The notes beneath the pieces were generated by a model that saw only the letters and a program-made list of their open reading frames with translations, searched no databases and was not told where the DNA came from. This document shows positions 25,333-38,260 of a DNA stretch of 64,000 nt, one piece after another. Positions within the stretch are counted from its first letter, which is position 1. The number at the start of each line of letters is the position of its first letter. Made by a program: the position numbers and the translations under genes. This stretch comes from Octopus vulgaris (taxonomy: Eukaryota). The stretch covers positions 43,276,001 to 43,340,000 of the forward strand of contig OX597826.1 of assembly GCA_951406725.2 (NCBI GenBank). Direction: 5' to 3'.

Positions 25333-26969
25333 GTTATATATTATTAGCATGAGAGCGTTTACAGTTTCGTTTCTATTTCACTGGTTTTTAATTAATATTC
25401 GGTTTTTCCAAATCACAACAGTTCCTCATATTTGTTATGCCCAGAATATTCTTCTTATGCTTATTTCACATTTTGCAGTTTCCTGTAACAATGCAATAGA
25501 AAGAATTTTTGCTTAAATGTCATTATTTATGTTCAACCTGTCAGCTTGTTTCGTATCACACTAATCTTATTCCATCTTTGAGACATGGTTAGGCGAATAT
25601 CGGAAGACATTTTGGAATACAAACGTGGCACGCTTTTGATTATAATATTAGTAACAAAGCTATTTCTCATAAACAAGAATTTACAAAATGCACAATAAAT
25701 GCCAAGACTAAAAATAGGCCTTAGCACTCAATTTAAGAGTCCATAGATGCAAATCTAAGCTGATATATAAAATCATTATTGTTATAAATACGTTATAACT
25801 GAAAATTTTCGTGTTCGACAAAGCTTTTGCGAACTATTGAATAGCGAAAACTGAATGTATCGACATTTATATTTTCTTTGCTGTAGCTGAAAAGATATCC
25901 AGCTTCTGTGAAAGCTATTTTCCTATCGATAAATATTAGTATGAAAATATATCATGTTTAAAGCGCAAAGAAATATCGCAAACGATATTCAAGATATTAT
26001 TTGGGCATAAAAGTAAATAAAGCACATATGGAAGGGGCACAATGAGTAATATTTACTGCATTCTTGACTTTGAGAAAAAGAATATATTTTACAAATGTCC
26101 ACTACTTTACGAAAACTATATCAGCTAAGCATATGATCTTCCATAAATCCATTAAATCCCCTGAAACTTATTCAGAACACTATTTCAGAAAATATTCTCC
26201 ATTCACTTTGAGTGTACAAAAGACAAATTTAGGTGGACCAAAATGAGTAAGGCAGAATAAGGTAAATTTTGCTTCTTCAACTCTTCAGAATAACATTTGT
26301 AAAAAGGCTCATACGTATTAATAGACATCAGGAAGCTCAGAAATGTAGCAAATATTAAAAATATCTAGGTCAAATGAACGAGGATCAGGGAAAAATGACA
26401 CATGATATGAAATTAACGAAACTCGACTGAATCTAAAAACTCAACATAAAATATTCCCTATAACTTCTTTATGATATGCTGAAGTGGCTCTCTTCCTGAT
26501 ATATTTACGCACAATCTCGTTAAAGAGAAGATATAATTTAAATTAGTCATTATTCATTTTGCCCCACTTTAGACATCATCTTTTGAAAACTGAAAATGAT
26601 CAAATTAGAGACAAGTGTGGGAAAAATTGACCTGGTATCCAGCAGAGAAAAGAATATTGATTGTTAAACGCCAAAAATTATCTAGAAATATTATTAGCAA
26701 TCTCAATTATAATCGGACCAAAGTTGAGATGAAATTTCTTGAGAAAAGGGTGTAATTTGATAAGCTTTCTCAATTTGATCAGCGACAACTATGCTGTCCA
26801 GTTTTTATTCTCAAAGATGATGCAACGGAACAAAAAGGGTGATGCAACACTTGCAATACAATGGTTTCAAACAAACAAAAACAAAAAGAGCCCCCAAATT
26901 ACCACAAAACACAAATTACCCATTTTATCCCACTTACTATTTTGCTTCCCTTTCCTTAAAGAATTTCTC

Positions 26970-27627
26970 GAAAAAGGGCATATATACTCATTACCCATTT
27001 TTGTGTTCGATTTCATTGTTTAAATTTGACGTCTCGATACGAAAGGCTGTAGCAAAAAAAAATCAGTGCTAGCTATAGTTTCTGTTGAAATAATCTAACG
27101 CAGTAGAACGTGGTTTTGGCTTATAATAACATTGAATATACTTTGTAGTGTATTATGGCTGCATAACGAAATGCCACTTGCCTACAAGTCATTAATGTTT
27201 ACATACCAGCACCAGGAATGCATTTGATATGTAAATTGGTATATCCAATAACTTAGCACCACTGTATGCGGTGGCTGTATAAGCAATGTGTTCGGAGGCG
27301 AAAATATGTTATATGGGTGCTGATGAAGGAGTAAACATCCCTGAAATATGGCATATACACTCATTACCCATTTCGTCTCCGATTTCATTGTTTGTGTACA
27401 TCTAACGTCTAGATACGAAACGTTGCAGCAAAAAAAAACAACAACAAAAAAACAAAAAAAAAAAAAAGTGCTGGCTATATTTTTTTGTAAAAATAATCTT
27501 AACAAAATAAATGTAAAGAGCACTGCTAACACAGTAGAACGTGCTGTTGACTTAAAAACACACTCAATATACTTTATAGTATATTATGGTTGCATAACGA
27601 AATATCACTTGCCTACAAGTCATTAAT
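26970..27627 (+). repeat. Diverged tandem repeat (~370-430 bp unit) containing a hammerhead; retrozyme or Penelope pLTR-like
   Basis: 26977-27196 aligns with 27350-27627 (GGCATATAYACTCATTACCCAT ... CACTTGCCTACAAGTCATTAAT). Confidence 0.85.
27313..27364 (+). ncRNA. Type I hammerhead ribozyme (intact core)
   Basis: Stem I ATGGGTG/CACTCAT (7 bp), CTGATGA 27320-27326, stem II AGG..CCT, GAAA 27343-27346, stem III ATAT-GGC-ATAT, triplet AUA with predicted cleavage after A27357. Confidence 0.8.
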
Positions 27628-28118
27628 AAAATTTAACGTTCCACAATGCTTTTTTTTAAAGGAAATAAATGTGTTTGTTCGAAGACAAGTAACTTTTCTT
27701 ATATAGGATTTGCATTTGACAATCTAAAAGAACGAATCGTTTATTCTGGAAAGCTGGGTTTGCCTATAGTAAGAAATTATACTAATTAGAGCTTGGTGAA
27801 TTCGATTATTGATAATTGCGTGTCATAGCCACTGGCACTGTGCAGTTTCGATGATGAAATACTTACTGCAGACCTAACAGCTGCTTGTTCTTACGTAAAT
27901 TCTGATATCTCTATCTTAGTTAGAATACACGGTAAAGTTTCTCACTTGTAATTTCTAAAATGACGCAGAAGCCCTCAAGAATCAACAGCTTCTCCAAGAC
28001 GCTGTACATATGTAGAAACATTCCTTACACTGAAGGGATTGTTAGAGATCATGGCCTGTGGATTAGTTATTTTAGTTCTCTTTGGGATGCGTTCAGGTTT
28101 ATAGATAAATCATAAACT

Positions 28119-28376
28119 AGGCGCAAGAGTGGCTGTGTGGTAAGTAGCTTGCTTACCACCCACCTGATTCCGGGTTCATTCCCACTGCGTGGTAACTTGG
28201 GCAAGTGTCTTCTACTATAGCCTCGGACCGAGCAAAGTCTTGTGAGTGGATTTGGTAGATGGAAACTGAAAGAAGCCCGTCGTATGTATGTACATATATA
28301 TATATATGGGGAGAGTTCACGAAAAAAACAACAAAAGACGAAGACAGTATACAAAACAAAGAGATGTATTAGTATA

Positions 28377-28447
<71 letters not shown>

Positions 28448-28670
28448 TGTATATGTTTGTGTGTCTTTGTTTGTGCCCCCAACTTCACTTGACAACCGAT
28501 GCTGGTATATTTACGTTCCCGTAACTTAGCGGTTCGGCAAAAGAGAACGATAGAATAAGTACTAGGCTTGCAAAGAATAAGTCCTGGGGCCGATTTGCTT
28601 GACCAAAGGTGGTGCTCCAGCATGGCTGCAGTCAAATGCCTGAAACAAATAAAAGATTAAAAAAAGAAAG
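28119..28670 (+). mobile_element. SINE family B, full length with short internal insert
   Basis: A-box, GGGTTCATTCCC B-box, CORE-like motif and 3' end. The insert at 28307-28378 resembles 21340-21408. Confidence 0.92.
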
Positions 28671-29046
28671 AGATAGTAACTGCTATCGTGTTTCTAAACT
28701 TACGTTCACCCGTTAATGAGAACGACACAAGCGCTGGGAAAATGTGTGGCATACATTTTGTTCATCATTTGGATGGTATTTTATAGTTTTCTCGTTACTC
28801 GTATGGCTTTTATTGCGTATTGGTCACTTGTATGGCTCTTTATGGGGGTGCTATGAGCCATGCTTGTACTAACACAATGTAATATGCTTATAAAATTTGT
28901 AACAGATATAACCACCCCACCAAAAAAAAAAAAAAAAAACTCGCTAAAACTAGTCACGTTTTTATTACGATTTTTTCATAGTTTTTCAGTAACAAACATG
29001 CTCTAACTGCTGGTCCACAAACTTACAGCTAATCTCTCTGCTTTTT

Positions 29047-29109
<63 letters not shown>

Positions 29110-29274
29110 ATGGCGTTAACTCCTTGGAACTTGTTGGTTACGTGATAGCTCCACCCAGGCTATCCCGATTCTCTCGTCATCTATATTGTGTCCCCTTCAC
29201 TTACCTTGCACTAATCTCTAAGTCCAATCTTTTCTCCCCAGAGCAACACCGTTATAGAATTTTTTCCTTGCATC

Positions 29275-29678
29275 TTTTATCTTTTACTTGTTTCAGTCAT
29301 TGCACTGTGACCATGTTGGGGCATCGCCTTGAAGGGCTTTTAGTCGAACAGATTGACTCCGGTGCTAATTTTTAAAACCTGGTACATATTCTTGGAAACT
29401 CTTCTGGCGAACCTTTGAGTTATGGGGACATGAACAAACTAACACCGGTTGTCAAGTTGTGGAGCGGAAAATAAGCTCAGAAACAAAAACACATGCGCAT
29501 GTATTTATATACGGCGGGCTTCGACACAGTTTCTGGCAACCAAATTCACTCACAGATCAATGGTCGGCCCGGGGCTATAATAACAGAAACTTGCCGAAGG
29601 TGCTATGAAGTGGGACTGAAACCAAAATCGTGTGGTTCCAAAGCAAGCTTCTTAGCTACACAGCTGTACCTGCGCCTA
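29275..29678 (-). mobile_element. SINE family B, diverged full-length copy
   Basis: Reverse complement runs from the TAGGCGCAGG head to the GTAAAAGA tail. Confidence 0.88.
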
Positions 29679-29816
29679 AATGTCTTCTTTGTAATTCTTC
29701 AAGAAGAATGTTAAACACGCCAATGTCATCGGTCATGAAGAACCTTCAGAAGTTATAGAAACAGACTCCTCCTTTCAGATCAAACTAAAAATAAAAGCAA
29801 ATGAAATAACCTGTTA

Positions 29817-30329
29817 CCGTAAATCCTCGAGTATAGTCCGCCCTTGAGTATGATACGCAGGGGATTTTTAGGGGGCTGTACCTCTGAAAAACCTAAACCT
29901 TGTGTATAATACGCACCCCTTCTCTAACTTGAATCAAGGAGGTCTATATAACGTCCTTGGTTTGTAAAAATGTATACGGTAACGTCCTTTATTATTATTG
30001 TATATATAACATAATGCAAACGTGTAGCTTTTTTGTGCATTTTGTTTGCAGAAAATAAAGAAATAACAGTAATAACGTTTAATAAATGTTGCTTAATGCA
30101 AGTTATGGATGATTCTTTTATGACTTCATTGCTTTCAGGCTTAGCGTAAGGTATTTTCGCGCCCGACATCACAAAATGCGTCTGAATAAACATTGCCGGA
30201 CAGCAAATAGAGACTCGGACATTGCTTAGAAAATATTTTTCATTTTTTAACCTCGTATATAGTACGCACTAGGGATTTTGACCTTTAAATTTTGCGAAAA
30301 ATATGCGGATTATACTCGAAGATTTACGG
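29817..30329. mobile_element. pogo/Tc2-type non-autonomous DNA transposon (MITE)
   Basis: TIR CCGTAAATCCTCGAGTATAGTCCGC / GCGGATTATACTCGAAGATTTACGG, TA on both sides, subterminal GTATAATACGC-like repeats. Confidence 0.9.
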
Positions 30330-30449
30330 TAAATATCGTATAAAATTCTGGTTATTTCATTTCCTGATAAGAACAAATATTCCAGTAAACGTAAATACAT
30401 GTGTTATGTTTCTTTTACAGAAGTTCTTCCTTCATATCATTTAGAGTTA

Positions 30450-30670
30450 ATGAAGTGGTGAGCTAGCAGAATCGTTACCACGCCGGGCAAAATAGCGGAA
30501 TTTCTTCTGTCTCTTTATGTTCTGAGTCCAAGAACCGTTTGGGCCAACTTTGCCTTTCATGCTTTCGGGATCGATACAATAAGTAAGCCAAATACTATAG
30601 TCGATGTAAAAACTGTAGCCGACTAGCCATCTCCTTCAACTCGCTAGCCTTGTGCCAAAATTTGAAACTT
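30450..30670 (+). mobile_element. Diverged family A SINE
   Basis: GTGAGCTAGCAGAATCGTTA...GCCTTTCATGCTTTCGGG...GCCTTGTGCCAAAATTTGAAA. Confidence 0.8.
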
Positions 30671-31556
30671 CTTTCTACAGTAAATGAAGAACATTACATA
30701 TATTACGACATAATTTCAAGTTCTTGCGAAGAGAATGTCTACAACATAAGCACAGCAGTATAGTAGCTACAATTACAGGATATTCATACGAAAGGTGACT
30801 AAAAACTGCTCCAATCTACAATGTCTTTCGCTGAACACCTAAATCCTCGATCGCAGAAAATAATTTTATATGGTTTCCTCTCTATCTAATGAACGCATGA
30901 TCTAGGCGATTGGTGTCTAAAACCATTACGAAGTTTTCTAAGATATACAATGCTTTGTTTTCTTACAGCTACGTAATTTACTGGAAAACTATATCAAATA
31001 TATTATTGGTCTTTTCTTCACTATATTTTCACTGCTTCAAAAGAAGCTTATCATTGCAGCATTATCATGTAATACTTGCTAAAAGCAACTAATATTACAT
31101 AAGGAGTTACCTTTGTTTTGGGATAGCATGTTTTCCTAATATATATATATATATATATATATCTGTATGTATAGTTATGCAAAAAATGTTCATAAGTTAA
31201 AAAAAGTAGACACTCGTGTATTATGTAATACTGTGGGTATTTCATTTACACAGTATTATAAAAGCCGAATCTTATTACTAAATAGTTTCATGTTAAAAAA
31301 AAAACCTTTCAAGTTTGTAATGGCCCTTTAGCACGAAACTGTTCCTTAACATGAATCGGCTGTTATGGTACAAAATTTACAATGCTCCATAAATAATATA
31401 TTTATGTGAGTGTGTGTGTGTGGAATATCTAATTTATAATACAATGTAAAATACTATTATGTAATGTAATGTAATGTAATACAATATAATAAGATATATT
31501 ATAATATAATATGATATAATATAATTTAGTATACTAAACTATAATATGATATTAGT

Positions 31557-31589
<33 letters not shown>

Positions 31590-31627
31590 CATATGTATGT
31601 ATATATATATACATACATATATGTATG

Positions 31628-31675
<48 letters not shown>

Positions 31676-32150
31676 AGATACATATATGCATCCTTTTCAC
31701 AAAGTAAGAAATTTAGCATAGAAGAAAATCTTTGTAAACGATGTAGAAGGAACTCACCAATAGATATGCAAATCTTTATACGTTTGCGTCTGAGCATAGG
31801 CGAATGTGTCTGTATATGAATATGTTATACGTGTTTGCCATTGTGTTTATCAACAGTTGTTGTCTCGCGGTGCAAAGATTAGCAGATATAATTTTTAAAG
31901 ACAAGACGCAAACGACGTTTAGTCACAATAATCACATCTCAAAAATGGTAATTCGGAAATCATATTAAAGACTTACATTGAAAATGACAGGACTAATCTT
32001 TCCAATAATAATTCATTTCCAAACATCTGTGGATAACATTGCAATTGACAAAGATGAAAATAATGTTTAAACCATCATGAACCAGTATTCACAATATTTT
32101 ACTTTATAAATAACTTTTCGAGGAGTGTTTAACTAATTCTCTTGTAATAG

Positions 32151-32186
<36 letters not shown>

Positions 32187-32193
<7 letters not shown>

Positions 32194-32306
32194 CACCGAC
32201 ACATATATCTAAACATAGACATACCTATTTATATATTATAGAAGAATATATCCACACGCACACATAATATATATGGGTATGTCTATGTATAGATATATGT
32301 GTCAGT

Positions 32307-32349
<43 letters not shown>

Positions 32350-32415
32350 CACTGACACATATATCTAAACATAGACATACCCATATATATTATAGAAGAA
32401 TATATCCACTCACAC
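32187..32415 (+). repeat. Local tandem duplication (~155 bp period)
   Basis: GACACATATATCTAAACATAGACATACC..TATATTATAGAAGAATATATCCAC occurs twice. Confidence 0.85.
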
Positions 32416-32459
32416 ACACACACACACACGCACGCTCGCTCGCTCGCGCGCATCATGTA

Positions 32460-33785
32460 GAAAAGAAACTCTGGTCGAATTTCAAGATGAGAAATAAATA
32501 AATGCTTCTTTTGGTCATGATTGATGTATTTAATCAAGATAATATTTCGCTTAGTAATTGATAACTTAATATCCCATTTATTTAGTAAATTGTCGATTCC
32601 TCGGGCGTAAAATTCTTCAGGTTTCGAAAGAAAGCAGCACTCAATATCATTTTTAACCTCTTCACAATTTACAAACTGTTTTCCCTCGAAATATTGTTGC
32701 AATTATCTGCAAAAAATGATAGTCAGATAAAGTAAGGTTAGGATAGAAAGGCGAATGAAGCAAAACTCTCATATTTAGGGATATAATCTTTTCCTGAATG
32801 ACTTGGGCAATATGCGATCTTGCATTATCCTGTAAGAGCAACAGCTCTTTATGAGTGAGCAATGAAAGGCGCGTTTTCTGAAAAGTTTTTTTCTACAATA
32901 CTTCTAACCGACGACAATACTTCGCATTATTTACATTTGTTTTAATACTTCATGATGGCGGTCACCTTTTATATCCCACTAAACAGTGAGTATATCTTTT
33001 TCTGGGTGTAGTCCTTGTTTAGGGAAGGATTCTCCGGTTTCATTGTATGCTCTTTGTATGTTCTAATAATATAGAGCCTAATTTTCATCAGTTGTGATCA
33101 ATACCAGATTTAGGACAAATGAGGCCCTGTACTAGTTAAGTTATGAGGCCCCTTACGTGGACAGGGCCTCGTTGACCAGGGGCCCCTTACACCTAAGCAC
33201 AATGGCAAATCCGTCACTGCTTATGATGATCCTACGCAGGAAAGGCTCTGTAGCAAGTCTCTTCTTTAATGACGAGTAGAGGCCAACACTTTTATAAAGC
33301 CGAGAAGCAGCCAGAGGATGAGGGACCCACTGACAAGGTTTTACACCTTTCCTAGTTCATGAAGGTATTTTGATTCAAATGTGACTCGCATTGAACTGGT
33401 TTACTATGTCTCGAGCAGTATGCTTTGGAATTTCTTCAACTCTGGTTTTCAGAAACTGAATATTGGCAGAACTTGGTATGTCCGGACACTTAAAACTTCA
33501 TTTACTTAGACAGAACAATTATTTCTTGTAGTTTCCGTTGCTGAAGAACAACTTTTGAATATATATGGCATGCAGTGTTTGATACGGGTCTAATATAAAC
33601 TCATTTTAAAAGGGGAGAATCGATACAAAATTAACCATTATAGTATAAAGCAATCCACAAAGAAAGAAAAAGAAATCCCATTAAAATGGAAAAAATTAAA
33701 GTTCATTTTATTGTAATTATCAAAAAATAAAGTACCCCAAAGTGATCATATAAGAAATGCAACAAGATTTTCGCCCAACCTAATA
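32460..33785 (-). mobile_element. Decayed mariner transposon
   Basis: TIR TATTAGGTTGGGCGAAAATC at 33785; EPFLRRII..ITTDEN, LLQDNARSH, LLHSPFYPNLTLSDYHF, FYARGIDNL..KW. Confidence 0.9.
33099..33219. mobile_element. Small hAT-type MITE nested in the mariner
   Basis: Ends CAATACCAGATTT / AAATCCGTCACTG, GGCCC subterminal motifs, 8-bp TSD GTTGTGAT / CTTATGAT. Confidence 0.7.
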
Positions 33786-34317
33786 CATACACGCACATTC
33801 ACATACTCGTGCGCGTGCGCATGGACAAACATACACACACACACACATATATATAGTCAATTCAAATAAACAAGCAATTCAAATAAAAAACGCAAACTAC
33901 GAACGTGAGGGCGTGTACAGGAAATATATTAGCTTAATGCTCGGTGAAAGGAGAGAGTTTGACCTTTTGTGTATTGCGCTTCGTCAGAAAGGAGAAAGGG
34001 AAAAGTCGAAAGATGGAGAAGAAGTCGCTAACGGCACACGTGTAGTTTACAACCATCAAATAATTACACACCCATTAAAACCTCATAGTAGAAAGCGTAC
34101 TGACAGAGGTCGTTAGAATATCGGAGAGAATGCTGCTCGAAATTTGTTCAAACTCTATGTGTTCTGAGTTCAAATCGGAATAGATTGACATAAAAAATAA
34201 AATGTATCAATTCAAAAAGGCAAATAGACGAAACTTTGCAATAATTGTTTCGGTTGTATGTGTTCTGAGTTCAAAGCCTGCCTTGACCTACATGAGTAGA
34301 AGACACCATCTGCTGCC

Positions 34318-34545
34318 GCCGTTCAAGAATTTGGACCTGGAGATCTCCATTTCCAGCGACTTTGAGGGCCACCTCCCAGTGGTGTCGGGCGTCAACGAAG
34401 AGCCCTCGACTACAACAAGACGACTACAACAAGTTTTTTTTTCCAAGGTCTGGGGTCTCCCGCCCTTAAGCCCTAGACCATCACCTAATCTTGTTGCTTA
34501 ACAACAACAATAACAACAAGAACAACAACAAGAACAACAACAACG

Positions 34546-34581
<36 letters not shown>

Positions 34582-34582
34582 C
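34318..34582 (+). mobile_element. Short non-tRNA retroposon with candidate 5' HDV-like ribozyme (copy 2)
   Basis: Exact 12-bp TSD CCATCTGCTGCC (34306-34317 and 34583-34594), (AAC)n tail, homology to 981-1182. Confidence 0.9.
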
Positions 34583-34904
34583 CCATCTGCTGCCTAGTTT
34601 AACAATATCAAGTGGTACCCTGTGTGATTTCACTGGAGCATCTTCTGTTACAAACATCGAAGTTTCGGATTTAAGGATACCTATCTCTGATCTTACCACC
34701 CCTCTCGGATACCCTAGAAAAGGCTATCCCTCCCGACTAAAAGATTAAGAGTAAGCAAAAGCGAAATTTTGGTTAATTAATTAGTTGGACCTTCACCAAT
34801 TCTGTGCTGCCTTCCTATATATTTCATTTCCAGCTCATCTCAGATTGTGAAATGATCCATAGTGACGTTCTTCTCCATTCTGCACCAACTCACCTCATCG
34901 TCGA

Positions 34905-35392
34905 CATTACCAACACCACCATCACCATTCCCACCACCACCATTCCCACCACTAGCCCCAGCAGCAGCACTACTACTACCACCACCACCACCACCACCAC
35001 CACCACCACCACCACAACCAACCAATAACACCATCAGTGCCACGGCGACCAACAACAACAACAACAACATTACCAGCATCACCAGCTTCACCGGCACTTG
35101 CACCACCACCACCACCACCGTCATAACCACCACCACCACCACCATCATCACCTCCACCACCAACACCACCACAACTACCACCACCACCACCACCACCACC
35201 ACCACCACCACAACCACCACCACCACCACCACCACTACCACCACCACCACCACCACTACTACCACCACCACCACCACCATTACTACCTACACCTGCACTA
35301 CCACCACCACCACTACTACCACCACCACCACCACCATTACTACCTACACCTGCACTACCACCACCACCACCACCACTACCACCACCACCACC

Positions 35393-35423
<31 letters not shown>

Positions 35424-35630
35424 GTGGCACCGACAGAAGCTGCTGTAGTAACACTACCACCAACAAATTCACCAGCTCCAGCAGCATCGCCAGTACCACT
35501 ACAACCACCACCACCACCACCAGTCACTACCACCATCTTCACCAGCTCCCACCACTACCACTACTACCACTACCCATCTCCACCACTATCACTACTATCA
35601 CTACCACCACCACCACCACCACCACCTACT
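34905..35630. repeat. (ACC/ACT/AAC)n compound microsatellite
   Basis: Direct reading; produces poly-T/H/P/G/V pseudo-ORFs. Confidence 0.95.
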
Positions 35631-36101
35631 CCCTCCCCCCACCAACCAAAAGCTGTAATCTAGAAACTCTTCAAATAGTGTAAAAGAGGTCGCGTTCCAA
35701 CTTACACTTCAGTGTCTATTCAGCCTCTCAGCCTCTAAAACTGTTGAACGGAATCACTCATTATTACCATCTGAAAAGCGTTCGTCTGCAAAGGAAATTC
35801 TTGCAAGACGTCATCAAGAGAGCAAAGAATAGTTTTCTGCTATGCACAACCCCTCACTAAACACAACCAGTGTTTTTTCTGGTTCCCTGATCAAGGAATT
35901 TTTTGTTTCTTTTTCGCCTGAACTTTTATGAGTTCTCCTATATATGCTGCTTCTCATATCCATGTCTAAGTGCAGTAGCTTTAGACTAAGCACAGATCAC
36001 AGATCACCATGACTTTTATTTCTTCAGAAGCAGCATGAAATAAATATTCTTATATTATCAGGTGAATGCTTATACTTTTCGAATTTTCAATATGCATATG
36101 C

Positions 36102-36190
<89 letters not shown>

Positions 36191-36230
36191 TACACATATA
36201 TATATACGTATATAATATTATAAATAAAAC

Positions 36231-36275
<45 letters not shown>

Positions 36276-36654
36276 AATATATATATATTATATAATATAT
36301 ATATTGTATATATGATATTATATTATATATATTGTATAATATATTTTTATTATATGATATATATATTATATATATATAATATATGTATATATAATATATT
36401 TTACGCTCGAGTACTTTTTATGCATTTACGAATGTATAACCACTTATTTTAACACGCACGCGCTTGCACGCGCACACATTCGCTTGCACACGCATCGCAG
36501 ATTGAATTTATGGAAAAAAAGCCAAAAGAGACACTGTTCACATTGTTACTCTCAGTATTATAGATCTACATCCTCTGTCGAAACCATTGTTACCACTACT
36601 CTCGCTCGCCATCATATCATCAGCCTCGTCGTCATGCTCATCATAGTTGTCCTC

Positions 36655-36722
36655 ACCCCTCCTCCTCTTCCTCTTCCTCCTCCTCTTCCTCTTCCTCCTC
36701 CTCTTCCTATTCCTCCTCCTCT

Positions 36723-36754
<32 letters not shown>

Positions 36755-36815
36755 CTCCTCCTCCCCTCCTGTTCTTCCTCCTCCTCGTCGACGTCGTCCT
36801 CGAAGTCATCATCAT
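36655..36815. repeat. (CCT/CTT)n polypyrimidine microsatellite
   Basis: Direct reading. Confidence 0.93.
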
Positions 36816-37502
36816 CCACTTATCTCACTGTCTACCTGTCCGTCCATCAATCAATCAATCCATCAAAATTCCATTTGACCCTCCGCAATCTTTCCTTTCC
36901 ACTTTGCCCGGCTTTGCTTTTACGATATTATGTATTTCTCAAATAACCCTGCTCACGAATCTCAGTGCAGCTCAAATCAGACATCATTCACTAATCAACC
37001 ATTGTCAATTAAACTTATTAGACATGAGTCATGAATCAATCATAGCCATTTACCATTATTTTTAGCTTTAGTCGTCGGTCCAAACAGCTGACCTTCCCCA
37101 GAAAATGGTTTTAATACGCCAAACCACTCCACTAAAGATTCGTCTGTCGTTTTAAATTATTGAATCTTTTTGAATGTATTAAGTTGTCAGATAAATTCGT
37201 TCTTTGGTTTTCCATTTATTCTTATCCTTATTTTTCGTCAACAGTTTTAATGAATGAATCAATAATATATTCTCCTTCATTGTTCACGACATCATGTCAG
37301 CGTTCCACTAAGTTGTTAACCGTTGACGGTAGAAATCACCAGGTCTTCCCACGAAGAATTCATCGAGTCATGTTTACAGCGTCAAGCCGTTTTGAACGAA
37401 ACACCTTGCAGGTTGTTGGAGAGCGACCGAAAAGTCGATAATCTGAAGGCAATATGAAAGGGGAATTCGGTAGGTTGTGGTAGAAATTCTCAACCAAATA
37501 CC

Positions 37503-37700
37503 TCTTTTACTCTTTTACTTGTTTCAGTCAATTGACTGCGGCACTACCTTTAGTCGAGAAAATCGACTCCAGGACTTATTCTTTGGAAGCTTAGTAGTTA
37601 TTCGATCGGACTATTTTGACGAACCGCGAAGTTACGGGGATGTAAACACACCACTATTGGTTGATAAGCAATGTTGGGGGGACAAACACAGACACACAAA
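37503..37700 (-). mobile_element. SINE family B 3' half
   Basis: CTTTTACTCTTTTACTTGTTTCAGTCA...GAACCGCGAAGTTACGGG. Confidence 0.85.
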
Positions 37701-37706
37701 CACACA

Positions 37707-37806
<100 letters not shown>

Positions 37807-37807
37807 C

Positions 37808-38260
37808 ACCTGAATATCGTTTTTAGTTACATTAGCGACGTGGTAGTGGGGAGCGTTGTCGTATCGAAGGAGCACGGCGTGACGCGGTGTCGTGGTTTTG
37901 GACCATCGAATGGAGGTAACAGGTGACGGTGTCATGAGAACATCACATCTTCTGGATCAATTCTCTATGGGACTGGAGCGGATTCTCGTGGATCAGTTCG
38001 CTCAATCGACTGTCATTGAACTGAACAGGTCGGCCGGAACGTAGAGATTCTGTGAGGTCGAATTTCCCTTCCTTGAAGAGTGAAAACCATTTCTGTACAG
38101 TTCTTTCGGTAATAGCGCCTTCTTTGCATTCAACACAAATGTCTCGAGTTGTTGTGACAGCTCTGGAACCTGTGCTGAAACCAAAGTAATGTAGGTGTTG
38201 AAAAGGATAATTTTTTTTCTAGTTGTCACTCCATCTTTATATGTCTAAAAAGAAGTAAAA
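37808..38260 (-). mobile_element. Internally deleted mariner remnant
   Basis: Minus-strand peptides ITERTVQKWFSLFKEGKFDL..RSGRP..LIHENP and VLLRYDNAPHYHVA (HDNA motif). Confidence 0.8.

Noticed and set aside
33075-33098. CTGATGA on the minus strand as a hammerhead
   Set aside because: It encodes the mariner TDE catalytic motif; no stems.
34840-35683. Long poly-T/H/G/V/P ORFs (up to 273 aa)
   Set aside because: They are translations of an (ACC)n microsatellite open in several frames on both strands, with no splice or domain evidence.
36484-37065. 193-aa proline-rich ORF and R/G-rich antisense ORFs
   Set aside because: Explained by the (CCT/CTT)n tract.
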